This document shows positions 10,160-20,385 of a DNA stretch of 64,000 nucleotides, piece by piece; position 1 is the first letter of the stretch; each line of letters starts with the position of its first letter. The DNA is from a virus (Duplodnaviria; Caudoviricetes). The notes under the pieces are model-generated. The model ran no database searches. It was given only the letters and a program-made list of their open reading frames with translations, and was not told the DNA's origin. The position numbers were made by a program, and so were the translations under genes. The stretch lies in the IMG/VR virus record IMGVR_UViG_3300032038_000005, positions 32,001 through 96,000 of that record. One strand, written 5' to 3'.

Positions 10160-11068
10160 ATGTTTGTCACATCCAAAAGATGCTTCATTAATTGTGTTGC
10201 CCAGTTCATGGACTTACGACAGATTGCCGAAGCCAACTATTATATCTGTGATGTCTCCAGCGGTAATCGTAGTGTCACATTCAATAAAGAAGTGGTGTAT
10301 AATGAAGATGGTACCAGTTATATCAAGGAGACACCCGTTGTACAGTCGCCCAGCATCTCCAGATTCCATGTGGTATATTCCAATGGTTCCTTAGACCCAC
10401 GTCAGCATGTGTTGAATGGTGCAATCGGTATTGATGCCAGTCAGATTCAGGAAACTGATGCACTGAAAATCTATCAGAAGTATCTGATGCAGCCGGAGAC
10501 AATCGGTGATGTCTACAACTGGTTCTATGATGAAATGAACAAGCCGGTTGGAAATGGATTGATGTTCTTGGTCATTAACGACGACCAGAATGTCCGCGTA
10601 TTTGGTCACACGATTTGTGAGTTCTTGGCAAATTTCATGGGTGAGGATATTGAATTCATTGATGTACAGATGAGACCACAACTGATTCCGGGTTATCCCA
10701 AGTATGCGGGAAACAAAGCACAGGCGGAACGAATCTTAAGAGACCAGCGGGATTATGCATTGTATACACATGTCACGCAGATGATATCTTCCATCGGCTA
10801 TCGGGAATCCAATGAGAATCTGATGACATTCTTAAGTACGTTAAATCCGAATGGATTGATGCATGTGTATGAATTGCTGTTTCCAACACAACCGTTACCT
10901 CCGGGTAACTATACAACAGACCAGGTGAAACGAATCATTATCGGTAAGATTATGGAACGTATCGAACCAATGGAAGCAGCAATGCCAAATATTCACACAA
11001 GCAATCATTATCTTGATTCCTTGATTGATGAAATCGACCGTCTCGACAGAGGCGGTAAACCGTGGTAA
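10160..11068 (+). CDS. hypothetical protein
   Basis: 302-aa ORF, GAGG SD. Confidence 0.8.
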   Translation: MFVTSKRCFINCVAQFMDLRQIAEANYYICDVSSGNRSVTFNKEVVYNEDGTSYIKETPVVQSPSISRFHVVYSNGSLDPRQHVLNGAIGIDASQIQETDALKIYQKYLMQPETIGDVYNWFYDEMNKPVGNGLMFLVINDDQNVRVFGHTICEFLANFMGEDIEFIDVQMRPQLIPGYPKYAGNKAQAERILRDQRDYALYTHVTQMISSIGYRESNENLMTFLSTLNPNGLMHVYELLFPTQPLPPGNYTTDQVKRIIIGKIMERIEPMEAAMPNIHTSNHYLDSLIDEIDRLDRGGKPW

Positions 11069-11077
11069 GTTGTGAAT

Positions 11078-11108
11078 AGTGGGGCATATGCCCCACTATA
11101 TTTTTTTG
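11078..11108 (+). terminator. intrinsic terminator
   Basis: agtggggc-atat-gccccact followed by a T-run. Confidence 0.75.
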
Positions 11109-11123
11109 TTTGGAGATGATGTT

Positions 11124-14054
11124 ATGGCAATGATAGAAGAAAAGACAAACAATCCCATGTCGGAATATCTGTTGAAATTACAATTGATTGTATCCAATAC
11201 CGAATTTATGAACAAAGAAGAATCCGACAAATATGAGACAATGGAAACTCGTATGAATGGTGAAGCATATGTAAATGCGATATTGAAAAAAGATGAATTC
11301 GATTCATATGATTGGTCAGATGTTGCATTAAAGCGCGCATTTAATGAATTACATTATCCAGATGACTTAATTCGGAAATACATTTTTCATCCAGAATATA
11401 TCCCAACAAACGTGAAAAATGCATTGACGGAGAAAGCACGAGCTGTTCGTATTGAAACATACAAAGAGCAAAACAAATACCACATAAACTTGACGGGGAA
11501 ACCATTAGAGGGAGTAGATCCCGATATTCCAATTCCCGATGATTTTTTTGCAATCTATGCAAAAGAAGGTAGTATCCATAAAGATCAATTGGTTCATACT
11601 TTGCCCGCAAAATACATGGAACTCTTTATGAATTCAAAATACTATAAAGAGATGCTACAGCAATATCCACATGTGGAATATTTGAGACATATGGGAACAT
11701 ACTCCATTCCCATTGAAATCTCTCGTCGTGCACGTGATGGGGATATTCTATTAATTAATGAATCTAAGCTACATACGCATCATGAGACATTTGGAAATGT
11801 ATCTGTTTCTCCGGAAATTGTTCATGAATTCACATCGGTTTATAAGAAGACACAACGTTATATCTACGGGACATTGCGAGGTGATTTCTCTTACATCTAT
11901 CCGAATTATAATTCCTTGATTCGATACTTGTCAATCTATATGACAATTGGACAATGTATGAATCAATTCATGCACAAATCTACCAAGTTGATTTACATGA
12001 ATAACCAAATTGCGAATGATTATTTTTCATTATATGGATTACCATCTGTCTTGATGGAGATGAATTCATTAACAAAATTCTTGAAAAAATTTCGGTTACT
12101 GTTAATGGACAAAGGAACAAATACTGTGTATCGAGTGAAAGACTTGATTGGTTATGAATATACGGATATCTACACATTGGTCATGGTAAAACAACAGGTG
12201 TTTGAGAATGGATATCCCATTTATTACAAAGATCCAGAGACTGGAAAATCGGTACCAAAACAGAATATCGTGTTTCGAAGAATGGGGACAGCTGATGACA
12301 ACGCTTCTTATTTCCAATTTAAGAATGAGACAAAGTCTTATACCGTAGAAGAAATTACATCAGGAGATCCTCGATGGTGGAATACACCAGAAGTAGAACG
12401 AATGATCAATGATATGAATTATACCTTATCCAATTCAAAGTATATTCAATTATCCACCATGATGAGTATGGATGATATTTGGTGGCAGACTTGCATTCTG
12501 TTACGTGGTTTATTAGACCATAAGAATGAAACGAAGTATACAGAAATTGAGATTTCACAGTCCGTCAATGGAACATCCACCATCAGCGTCTTTGATGCTG
12601 TTCTATTGCTAATCATTATGATGACTTGGAGCCATACGGATTTCAAGAACAATCATTTTGATGGAAACTTACATATTCCGAATGGAATGTTTAACAATGT
12701 CGCAACTTGTGTTGACATGTTATTCAATGGATTGGAAGCAGATGGTACTCCGAAGGAATTAAAACCCGGATTACCGTACAAAGTCGCCTCATTCAATTTC
12801 AATATCAAGAATGAATCGATCAAGAAATACAATGCCTTATCGACATATGCATATCTTGTTCCTGACATATTCATGCCAATGTTGGATACAATCTTAGAGC
12901 GTGAGTCTGCAAATATTGGAGAAGTCCTCATGCATGACGTTAAATTGTTATATGACTATTTGGGAACGAAATTAAGAACAGCATCAACCATTCATGAATT
13001 CCGTCAAGTTACAGATGCTTACAATTGGCTATTCTTGGTTGATCCCTTACGTGACTGGTCGGATGACACACAACAGAATGTGGAAACATTACTCATGCAA
13101 TCTTATGAGTTGAAATCCTATGAGTGGTATGCATTCAAGCATCTATTCCTTGGAAATGAATCATCCAATGCATCTATTCCATTCTTCTATAATGATGCGA
13201 CATCACCAACACAAATTCCCGTATATCGACTTTTAAATGAGAATGTATTGCAAGTGGATCCCGCATTCTCCAATCCAGACTACATGAATCAATTCATTAC
13301 TACTGTTGGAAAATGGAAATCCGAATTGATTGAACGATCTGATCTGTCAAATATGATCAAGATGCATTATCAATCCATCATCCAAGATAAAGTCTTATTG
13401 GATGTCTCCAATTCACAATATGGACCAAAATCATTTGAAGCATTGCTATTCCGAAACAATCCTACATTATATCGTGGATTACAACAGATGAAAGCTGACG
13501 GAGATCAACTGTTGATTCTGATGCGGTCGATCATCCGTGCTTTGGAATCGTATGCCAATCATCCACTCCCCGCATTGGAGTTTGAAGCAACGGGAAAAGA
13601 TCAGTATATCAATATCTTGAAAGAAGTCATCACTTACTTTAAATCATACATGGTAGAATTTACTAAGAGTGAGTTTCGATATCTCATGGGTGGGTTATTT
13701 GATCACGGTGGAAATTCGAATATGCTATTATTGTTTGATGAGATCAATCATATCACATTACGCATTTTACCTCGAGATGCATTACATTTGTATGATGTGT
13801 CATGTGCAAAAGCGCGAGTCATTGTCAAAGAGGATCTCTCGAAAATGTTATATGATGAAGCACTATTCCAAATCAAAACGACATACAAAAAATTGAAATC
13901 CTCACCATATGAATTGTGGTTTGATAATGGAGAGTGGATTGATCAACAACCGTTTGATGACTTAACGGATGATTCGGTAATCATTGCAAAATTAACCAAT
14001 GACAATTCGGGGACATACAAAATCATCATCAACAAAGAAAATGTGTTAAATTAA
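11124..14054 (+). CDS. large protein, probable virion structural (baseplate-type) protein
   Basis: ~976 aa, AT-rich codon use like the late genes; function inferred from jumbo-phage context only. Confidence 0.55.
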   Translation: MAMIEEKTNNPMSEYLLKLQLIVSNTEFMNKEESDKYETMETRMNGEAYVNAILKKDEFDSYDWSDVALKRAFNELHYPDDLIRKYIFHPEYIPTNVKNALTEKARAVRIETYKEQNKYHINLTGKPLEGVDPDIPIPDDFFAIYAKEGSIHKDQLVHTLPAKYMELFMNSKYYKEMLQQYPHVEYLRHMGTYSIPIEISRRARDGDILLINESKLHTHHETFGNVSVSPEIVHEFTSVYKKTQRYIYGTLRGDFSYIYPNYNSLIRYLSIYMTIGQCMNQFMHKSTKLIYMNNQIANDYFSLYGLPSVLMEMNSLTKFLKKFRLLLMDKGTNTVYRVKDLIGYEYTDIYTLVMVKQQVFENGYPIYYKDPETGKSVPKQNIVFRRMGTADDNASYFQFKNETKSYTVEEITSGDPRWWNTPEVERMINDMNYTLSNSKYIQLSTMMSMDDIWWQTCILLRGLLDHKNETKYTEIEISQSVNGTSTISVFDAVLLLIIMMTWSHTDFKNNHFDGNLHIPNGMFNNVATCVDMLFNGLEADGTPKELKPGLPYKVASFNFNIKNESIKKYNALSTYAYLVPDIFMPMLDTILERESANIGEVLMHDVKLLYDYLGTKLRTASTIHEFRQVTDAYNWLFLVDPLRDWSDDTQQNVETLLMQSYELKSYEWYAFKHLFLGNESSNASIPFFYNDATSPTQIPVYRLLNENVLQVDPAFSNPDYMNQFITTVGKWKSELIERSDLSNMIKMHYQSIIQDKVLLDVSNSQYGPKSFEALLFRNNPTLYRGLQQMKADGDQLLILMRSIIRALESYANHPLPALEFEATGKDQYINILKEVITYFKSYMVEFTKSEFRYLMGGLFDHGGNSNMLLLFDEINHITLRILPRDALHLYDVSCAKARVIVKEDLSKMLYDEALFQIKTTYKKLKSSPYELWFDNGEWIDQQPFDDLTDDSVIIAKLTNDNSGTYKIIINKENVLN

Positions 14055-14064
14055 GAATATGATG

Positions 14065-14090
14065 ATCCGGGGGCATATGCCCCCGGAATC
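14065..14090. terminator. bidirectional terminator hairpin
   Basis: ccgggggc-atat-gcccccgg between convergent genes. Confidence 0.7.
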
Positions 14091-14094
14091 AAAT

Positions 14095-14268
14095 TCATTT
14101 TGTAATATCAATTGTGTGGACAATATGAGAATACTGTCCTGGTTGGATACTATGAGAGATTAAGAACATCTGTTCCATTTTCAGTGTCGCCATAATTTCT
14201 TGTAACATCAATACGAACACATCTCTCATTCCTGCATCAATATACGCGTCCAGCTCATCGACCAAACA
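14095..14268 (-). pseudogene. orphaned C-terminal copy of sbcC (Walker B to end)
   Basis: Translates CLVDELDAYIDAGMRDVFVLMLQEIMATLKMEQMFLISHSIQPGQYSHIVHTIDITK*, colinear with the SbcC end FLVDECDGYLD...CFVVSHHIEGDQY...; no SD or start codon covering the Walker B. Confidence 0.8.
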
Positions 14269-14269
14269 T

Positions 14270-15544
14270 TCAGAAATATAAAGATGTAATATCTTTCCAA
14301 ACAGCTTTATTTCTTATTTTATTTACGTCATAATATTTTATTTGATCATATCCCTCATCTTTTAATATATTTAATACAATCGATGTTTTCATATTATTTT
14401 CAATTAAAAGTTTACATATATGATGTACATCTTCTTCCGATATCTTTCTATTTAAATTTTTGAATTCAAATGGCTCAAATTTATCAGTAATATCTTTATA
14501 TGTATGCTTATTCTTTATATTTTTAATGTCCCCATATGAAACGTCATGAATGTCATATATGTTTTTTAATGTATTTAACACCGTCTTTGGGTTACCCTCT
14601 GTTTCTGGAGAACAAAGCAGTTTCCATATTAATTCAACCAATTCAGACGAAAATCTCTGATGTAATTTAGGGAATTTTGCATCAGTAAGTTGTTCTGTTA
14701 TACTCGCATATGCATCTTTTCTCTTTATCGCATTAACATGTCCAATGTTTATATAATGATATCCCATTGAGTGTAAGATCTTAAGGGTCTTCATCATACT
14801 ACCAGATGTCTTTTCAGATTGTAATAAATTCCATATGAGTTTTACATCATCTTTACTCAAAATCGTTTTATTAAGTTCTGTCATTCTGGCATGCTTCAAA
14901 TTATCACTACAGGAACACCATTCCAAATTTTTCCAATAATTATTTATTTTACAACCATCAATATGATTCACTTGTAGACTTTCGTAATCGTCAATGGGAT
15001 TTAAGAATTCAAAAGCGACTAATCTGTGAACGCTAACGGTATAATGTGATCCATTAATACAAATACAACGTTTTGAATATCCATTTGCATCAATATAATT
15101 CGACATTAATTGATTACTGTGTGTGCTATATACATTTCCAAAATTTGATATTCGATAATCCTCAGTCTTATATTTCGGATACGATATTAATTTCCATTCC
15201 TCGACGTCTTCTTCCCATCTGAGATTATCAACATGATTGTTTCTGTTATCTCCGTCTATGTGAACAACTTTAACACGTTTTCCGACTAATTCTTCTGGAA
15301 CCGGAATAAATGTCATAGCGAGTAAGTCATCAATTGGGAATAATTTCATTTTAGGAATAGGTGGACCATTAGATGTGTCCACCTTTAACAGAAACATTGC
15401 AAAATCATACCCATTTGTAGAATGATAAGATGCCTCGTACGGAGTGAGCGTTTCATCTGTCAATGCTCTGATTCTTCCCAGTGTTGATAATTCAAAACCA
15501 TGCTGAATTTCTTCATGGATTAAAGCTTTCCAAATTTCTCTCAT
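14270..15544 (-). CDS. free-standing HNH homing endonuclease (tandem NUMOD4-HNH modules plus repeated C-terminal DNA-binding units)
   Basis: EIWK..STLGRI, HIDGDNRNNHVDNLRW; EEWK..ISNFGNV, VHRLVA, VNHIDGCKINNYWKNLEW; much more AT-rich than the flanks. Confidence 0.9.
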   Translation of the reverse strand: MREIWKALIHEEIQHGFELSTLGRIRALTDETLTPYEASYHSTNGYDFAMFLLKVDTSNGPPIPKMKLFPIDDLLAMTFIPVPEELVGKRVKVVHIDGDNRNNHVDNLRWEEDVEEWKLISYPKYKTEDYRISNFGNVYSTHSNQLMSNYIDANGYSKRCICINGSHYTVSVHRLVAFEFLNPIDDYESLQVNHIDGCKINNYWKNLEWCSCSDNLKHARMTELNKTILSKDDVKLIWNLLQSEKTSGSMMKTLKILHSMGYHYINIGHVNAIKRKDAYASITEQLTDAKFPKLHQRFSSELVELIWKLLCSPETEGNPKTVLNTLKNIYDIHDVSYGDIKNIKNKHTYKDITDKFEPFEFKNLNRKISEEDVHHICKLLIENNMKTSIVLNILKDEGYDQIKYYDVNKIRNKAVWKDITSLYF

Positions 15545-15735
15545 AAATGAACCTCAACTTTCAATCTTTAATTGGTAAACACAATTATCATATTGATCTC
15601 CTTCAATATGATGTGATACCACGAAACACTGTTCAATTTTCATAGTATTCATTACATTTTGTAACATCATGACGTATAAATTAGACTGTTCCATATCGAG
15701 ATATCCATCGCACTCATCTACTAAAAATACATTGT
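14270..15735 (-). mobile_element. HNH homing cassette carrying a replacement 3' end of sbcC
   Basis: AT-rich block made of the new sbcC tail plus the HNH gene, sitting between the sbcC body and its displaced tail; left boundary approximate. Confidence 0.65.
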
Positions 15736-18082
15736 AGTGTGTTAATGACGAAGCCAACGACAATGACAGTGCCAATGATAATAACGTACTCTCAGACTGA
15801 GAACCTGTACGAATGTCTTCAGATTTGTTGGTTCCACAACGGAATGGAAGTGTAAACGTGGTTTCATCAATGGTGGGTTTCAACAATTCAATTTCACCAT
15901 CGTACATCACATCCAACAATCTATTTGCCATGCTTAATGCTTCGGAGATTTTGTCACGAATGGCAATGACGGGTTTTCCCTTGGTGGATGAGGTTGCTTC
16001 GGAGATAATCTTATAACGTTCATCCATGGTCAGATGTTTCTCAATCTCGTCAACGGTTCTGACATATTGTTTATCCGCATTCTCCAGTGTTTCCAACTGT
16101 TTTGCAACAATCTGTACATGAGACTGGATTTGGACATACTGCTCATGGAGTTGACCATATTCCAATTCTGCATTTGACAATTGGGTTTGTTGACGATTGA
16201 GTTTATCATATCGAACTTGCACATCTCCAATGTCAATGTTCTTGATGGATGATAATAGTACCTTCTTTCTGTCAATTTCAGATAATGCTTGTTTGTATTC
16301 GTTTACCAATCTTTCACAATCGGAAATCTGTTGCTGTAATTCCGCAATCTGTTTCTCCAATACTTCAATGGGAACATCACCATTTGTTGTGTCATTCTGC
16401 ATCAGATATTCAATATCTTTAATACGTGCTTCCACATCACTCAGTTGTTTGATGAGTTGGTTATAGTGTTCTTTGTTAACGGCAATCTCCATCCATTTCT
16501 TGATGAAGTCTTCATCGATACCTGAATGACCGTTTTTCAATCGGATTAACACACTCTTTTCACACATATCATTTTGCAGTTCTACCGGAATCTCGATCCG
16601 AAGTAAACGACAAATGGTCTGATAATTCTTCCATGCATGTTCGATGTTCTCCAAATCATACATGGTGAACTTTCCTCTGGATACAGATTCATATGAATCA
16701 AAGTATTGATGCAGGCGTTCAAACGTATTCCGATATAAGCAATTGGGATAACGACAATCCTGTTCTGATACCAAATCTCCACCAACAGAACTCAACATAT
16801 GACGAAGTCGAGAGATAGCACTCTTCTCTTTTTCAGAGTCTAATAACACACTACTTTCTTGCATCAGAAATGCATTGACATCAATTCCCTTTAATAGCAT
16901 ATCACAGAACAATTCCAGATGTTCTTTACTCAAACACAATGTGATTTCTTTACATGTGTCATTGACAGATTTGGCAATAGACAACATACTGGAGAAGACA
17001 GCAGATGAAGCTTGTACATCCAAATCTCCAATCTGTAATTGAGCAATCTCATGTTCCAATCGCTCTTTCATCTGTACCATGTTCTGATAATCCCCAATGA
17101 TTCTTTGACGAGACATCATGTTTGTTTGGAGATGATTCTTTTTCTCATATACGGCATCTAAGTCTTTCATGAGTAACATTCGCTGGCTACTTACTTTTCC
17201 CATCTCATCTGTCAATCGCAACTGTTCTTCCATCAAACTCTCATACAGATTCATGTCATACTGTCCCAATTCCGCAACGACATTTTTGTATGTTACCAGC
17301 TTATTTTGCAACTCCATCAGTTCATTTCCTAAATTCAGTTGCCGTAATGACGTAATCATTCCTGTTAATTGGTCAAGCCGTGTTTTCATCTGTTGCATGG
17401 ATTCTGTCAATGACACATGTTGTACACGAGTTTGTTCCAGTGTCGTTCTCAATGTTTCATATGAGCCATAGCTCTGCAGCAAGAATTCCTTTGTTCTGGT
17501 TAATGACGTAATCAGCTTGCTGGTGTAACGATAATCTTCCGTGGCCAATTTGTGAATCTTGTCGTAGATATCGATCCCCATTGCTTTGTTCATTAATGTC
17601 TTACGCTGTGTTGCGTTCATATTGGCAAACGATGTCAACTGTGTTCCATTGATAATAAATTGGAATACATATCGATTTAAACCAAACACCTTTTCCACAA
17701 CAGCATTGAATGTATTCACACCACCGTTTGCATTTAACTCCACACCGTCTTTCATGATACTGGATACGACGGTATGGCCATTCTTGTTCGGGTTATAGGT
17801 GTGGGTGATATTGTATACTTCTCCATTTACTTCGTAAACAATATTCTTAATCCCGATTTCACCTTTGAGAATCTGAGGCATGTCATTCCGTTCATCCCCA
17901 TTCAGATTCACCGAAGAGAACGGATGTAACTTCTGTAACAGTACAGTTTTCCCACAACGATTTCTGCCATAAATCTGAATGATGGGTTTGTCGATTCCGT
18001 CGAAATGGAATTCCACTTCATGCTTCCCCATTGCCGCATACACGTCAGCAAAGTTCACCAATTTAATATATACGATTTTCAT
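15554..18082 (-). CDS. sbcC: SbcC/Rad50-like ABC ATPase (recombination nuclease subunit)
   Basis: Walker A GRNRCGKT, long coiled coil, signature variant GSQSE, Walker B FLVDE, H-switch VSH. Confidence 0.9.
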   Translation of the reverse strand: MKIVYIKLVNFADVYAAMGKHEVEFHFDGIDKPIIQIYGRNRCGKTVLLQKLHPFSSVNLNGDERNDMPQILKGEIGIKNIVYEVNGEVYNITHTYNPNKNGHTVVSSIMKDGVELNANGGVNTFNAVVEKVFGLNRYVFQFIINGTQLTSFANMNATQRKTLMNKAMGIDIYDKIHKLATEDYRYTSKLITSLTRTKEFLLQSYGSYETLRTTLEQTRVQHVSLTESMQQMKTRLDQLTGMITSLRQLNLGNELMELQNKLVTYKNVVAELGQYDMNLYESLMEEQLRLTDEMGKVSSQRMLLMKDLDAVYEKKNHLQTNMMSRQRIIGDYQNMVQMKERLEHEIAQLQIGDLDVQASSAVFSSMLSIAKSVNDTCKEITLCLSKEHLELFCDMLLKGIDVNAFLMQESSVLLDSEKEKSAISRLRHMLSSVGGDLVSEQDCRYPNCLYRNTFERLHQYFDSYESVSRGKFTMYDLENIEHAWKNYQTICRLLRIEIPVELQNDMCEKSVLIRLKNGHSGIDEDFIKKWMEIAVNKEHYNQLIKQLSDVEARIKDIEYLMQNDTTNGDVPIEVLEKQIAELQQQISDCERLVNEYKQALSEIDRKKVLLSSIKNIDIGDVQVRYDKLNRQQTQLSNAELEYGQLHEQYVQIQSHVQIVAKQLETLENADKQYVRTVDEIEKHLTMDERYKIISEATSSTKGKPVIAIRDKISEALSMANRLLDVMYDGEIELLKPTIDETTFTLPFRCGTNKSEDIRTGSQSESTLLSLALSLSLASSLTHYNVFLVDECDGYLDMEQSNLYVMMLQNVMNTMKIEQCFVVSHHIEGDQYDNCVYQLKIES

Positions 18083-18113
18083 ATGCAAAACCTCCATTTT
18101 TTTATTTTAAGAC

Positions 18114-18198
18114 ATATATACTATTTTCCTGATAACACCCTAATGATGTATATTTAAAGATAAAAAATATATTTTAGATATACATAATATTCACATGA
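18114..18198 (+). promoter_or_regulatory. tandem putative early promoters (plus a divergent copy at 18135-18153 toward sbcC)
   Basis: ATATATACTATTTTCCTGA (18114-18132) and ATACATAATATTCACATGA (18180-18198). Confidence 0.55.
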
Positions 18199-18267
18199 GA
18201 CAAGCAGGTATCACCCTGTTGTCATATATCAAATCTATATCTCTATATAAGAAAGGAAAGATGCTCA

Positions 18268-18978
18268 ATGAGCGAAGAAATCAGAAACATGACACCCGAA
18301 CAGCTGCACGATTACTACTGCAAACTCCGTGAAAACCAGCTCCGCCAGTGGCAGATTCTCAACAACCCGATGTTGATGAAGACAATCCCGGAGATTACTG
18401 CGACACTCCTGTGGAAAGAATTCAAGTTCGGCTTCTCGGAACTCTCTGACATTCCGATTGTGTTCGTTGTTGGATGGAAGCATGTCATGGAATATGTGAG
18501 AGCACAGAACGTTCCGGAGTTCTCTGTCGACATCTGTGGTATCTCCGTAGAGTACACGACTGAATACTCTGAGACAGAAAAGAACTCGAATATTGTGCCA
18601 CAGCTGGTGCACAAGCGCATTCCTCTGTTCCGTGAACGTCAGCACACAGATGTCATCGGCTCCAGCTTCAAGAACACGTTGCTCCAGAAATATGATTCAT
18701 GGAGAACGGAGAATCTGACAGAGACCATCTCCAAACTGGAGAACGAGGTATTCGCAGAACTGCAGAAAGACTATGCGATCGACGTCGTAGTCGCACCGAC
18801 TATCTTCTGCACCATGGCTGCAATGTATGCCGCCGGTGTACAGATTGCAATGGAGACCCACGAGGAAGTCAATATGTACAACATCTTCACCATTGAAGTA
18901 TTCAACGGTGACCAGATTGTACTCTCGCCCGCTGCTATTATGAAGCAGATTATGAAAGGAGATGCAAAGAAATTATGA
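18268..18978 (+). CDS. hypothetical protein
   Basis: 236-aa ORF, GAAAGGA SD. Confidence 0.8.
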   Translation: MSEEIRNMTPEQLHDYYCKLRENQLRQWQILNNPMLMKTIPEITATLLWKEFKFGFSELSDIPIVFVVGWKHVMEYVRAQNVPEFSVDICGISVEYTTEYSETEKNSNIVPQLVHKRIPLFRERQHTDVIGSSFKNTLLQKYDSWRTENLTETISKLENEVFAELQKDYAIDVVVAPTIFCTMAAMYAAGVQIAMETHEEVNMYNIFTIEVFNGDQIVLSPAAIMKQIMKGDAKKL

Positions 18979-19052
18979 TGCAGAATTGAGCATGCGGGGC
19001 TTTGCCCCCGCATCTGCTCATGTCTCTCACCGTTAAGGAGGTGACGATAAAT

Positions 19053-19076
19053 ATGATTGTAATCCACATCTGCTGA
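19053..19076 (+). other. 7-codon upstream minigene (MIVIHIC)
   Basis: Perfect AAGGAGGTGA SD at 19035-19044, 8-nt spacer, ATG...TGA. Confidence 0.35.
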
Positions 19077-19148
19077 CAATACAACCGTATTTAATCCGAA
19101 TGAAAAGCCAACTGAAAATTGATAATTAAGAAAAGGAGAAATCTTATT

Positions 19149-20297
19149 ATGGCTAATGAAATCATGAACAATGTAAACGCAACTGAGGTTGCAACCGAAA
19201 TGACATCCGTCGACATGGCACCCACAAACTTCCTCTGCATCGGTCTTGGTAATACAGGCAAGAACATCATCGAGGAAATCGCAGCCAGAAACACCCTCAG
19301 AGATGTCAAGCTCTTCGCAGTAGACTCCGTTGCTCCGACCGCTTCTCTGGCAACCGTGAACAGAATCAACTATATTCCGATTATCTCGGATGACAAGACA
19401 GGTTCTGGCCGTAACCGTGAACGTGGTGCAGCGATGTTTGAATACCACAAATCCATCGGTACCTTCAGTAACATGTTCGACGCTTGCATCGAAGCGAAAA
19501 CCCCTGTACTTGTTATCACATCTACAGCAGGTGGTACAGGTTCTGGTGCTACACCGATGCTTTGCAAGGCACTTGCAGAACTGGAGATTCCGGTCATTCC
19601 GATTATCGTGTGCCCGAGTATGGATGACCCGGTCGCTTACCATCTCAACAACAATGACCTGTTTGTAGAGCTGGAAGAAGCAGAAGTTGCCACATATGCA
19701 GTGTTCCGTAATATTGCCGGGGACTCCAACTATGCACCAATCAACAAGGAAATCGTCGATATGATCGAAATCATCTTCGGTAAGAAGTATGGCACAACGA
19801 CACTCGACAGTATCGATGATTCCGACCTCGATACAATTCTGACTACTCCCGGTAGATTCGTCGCCGTCTCTGCAAAGGCAAATGACATCACAAATCTCAC
19901 ACGTCAGATTACCCGCAAAATGTTCACTGGCTTCCAGCCGTCCTGGACAGAAGAAGAGGCAAAGCAGTACACATTCATGTCCGCATTCTCCCTCAAGTCC
20001 ATGTTCGCCAGTGAAGACTTCAAACAGGTGTTCGACGAAGTCCGCTCCAGAATCTATCAGGTGTTTGATGAATATCGTCACATCGAACAGGTAGACAATG
20101 GCGGCGAAGTCGAAGCCACTGTTATCATTGCCGGATTACCCAGACCGGAAATCAAAATCATCAACGACGATTTCACCAGCGCCGGTGGTATCAGTTCTGG
20201 CATGAAGAAATCCATCCGCCCCAGCTTTGTGAACCGTAAGAAAGCGGGTATCTCTCAGGGAAAAGATGGAAGACCCAAGTTCAACTGGGGTAAGTAA
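19149..20297 (+). CDS. phuZ: tubulin/FtsZ-family protein (PhuZ/TubZ-like)
   Basis: IGLGNTG, GSGRN, tubulin signature AGGTGSGA, T7-like IDDSD. Confidence 0.9.
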   Translation: MANEIMNNVNATEVATEMTSVDMAPTNFLCIGLGNTGKNIIEEIAARNTLRDVKLFAVDSVAPTASLATVNRINYIPIISDDKTGSGRNRERGAAMFEYHKSIGTFSNMFDACIEAKTPVLVITSTAGGTGSGATPMLCKALAELEIPVIPIIVCPSMDDPVAYHLNNNDLFVELEEAEVATYAVFRNIAGDSNYAPINKEIVDMIEIIFGKKYGTTTLDSIDDSDLDTILTTPGRFVAVSAKANDITNLTRQITRKMFTGFQPSWTEEEAKQYTFMSAFSLKSMFASEDFKQVFDEVRSRIYQVFDEYRHIEQVDNGGEVEATVIIAGLPRPEIKIINDDFTSAGGISSGMKKSIRPSFVNRKKAGISQGKDGRPKFNWGK

Positions 20298-20385
20298 TTC
20301 GTAAGAATCTAATGTGGTGTGGCATGGGTATATTTCCTATGCCACCATCACTTATAGATACAATTTAGAAAAGGAGGACATTCAT

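Noticed and set aside
18771-20081. 436-aa minus-strand ORF
   Set aside because: Antisense shadow of the tubulin gene; no SD or motifs. Similar shadows (545-1255, 37834-38616, 38626-39225, 31496-32110) were also ignored.
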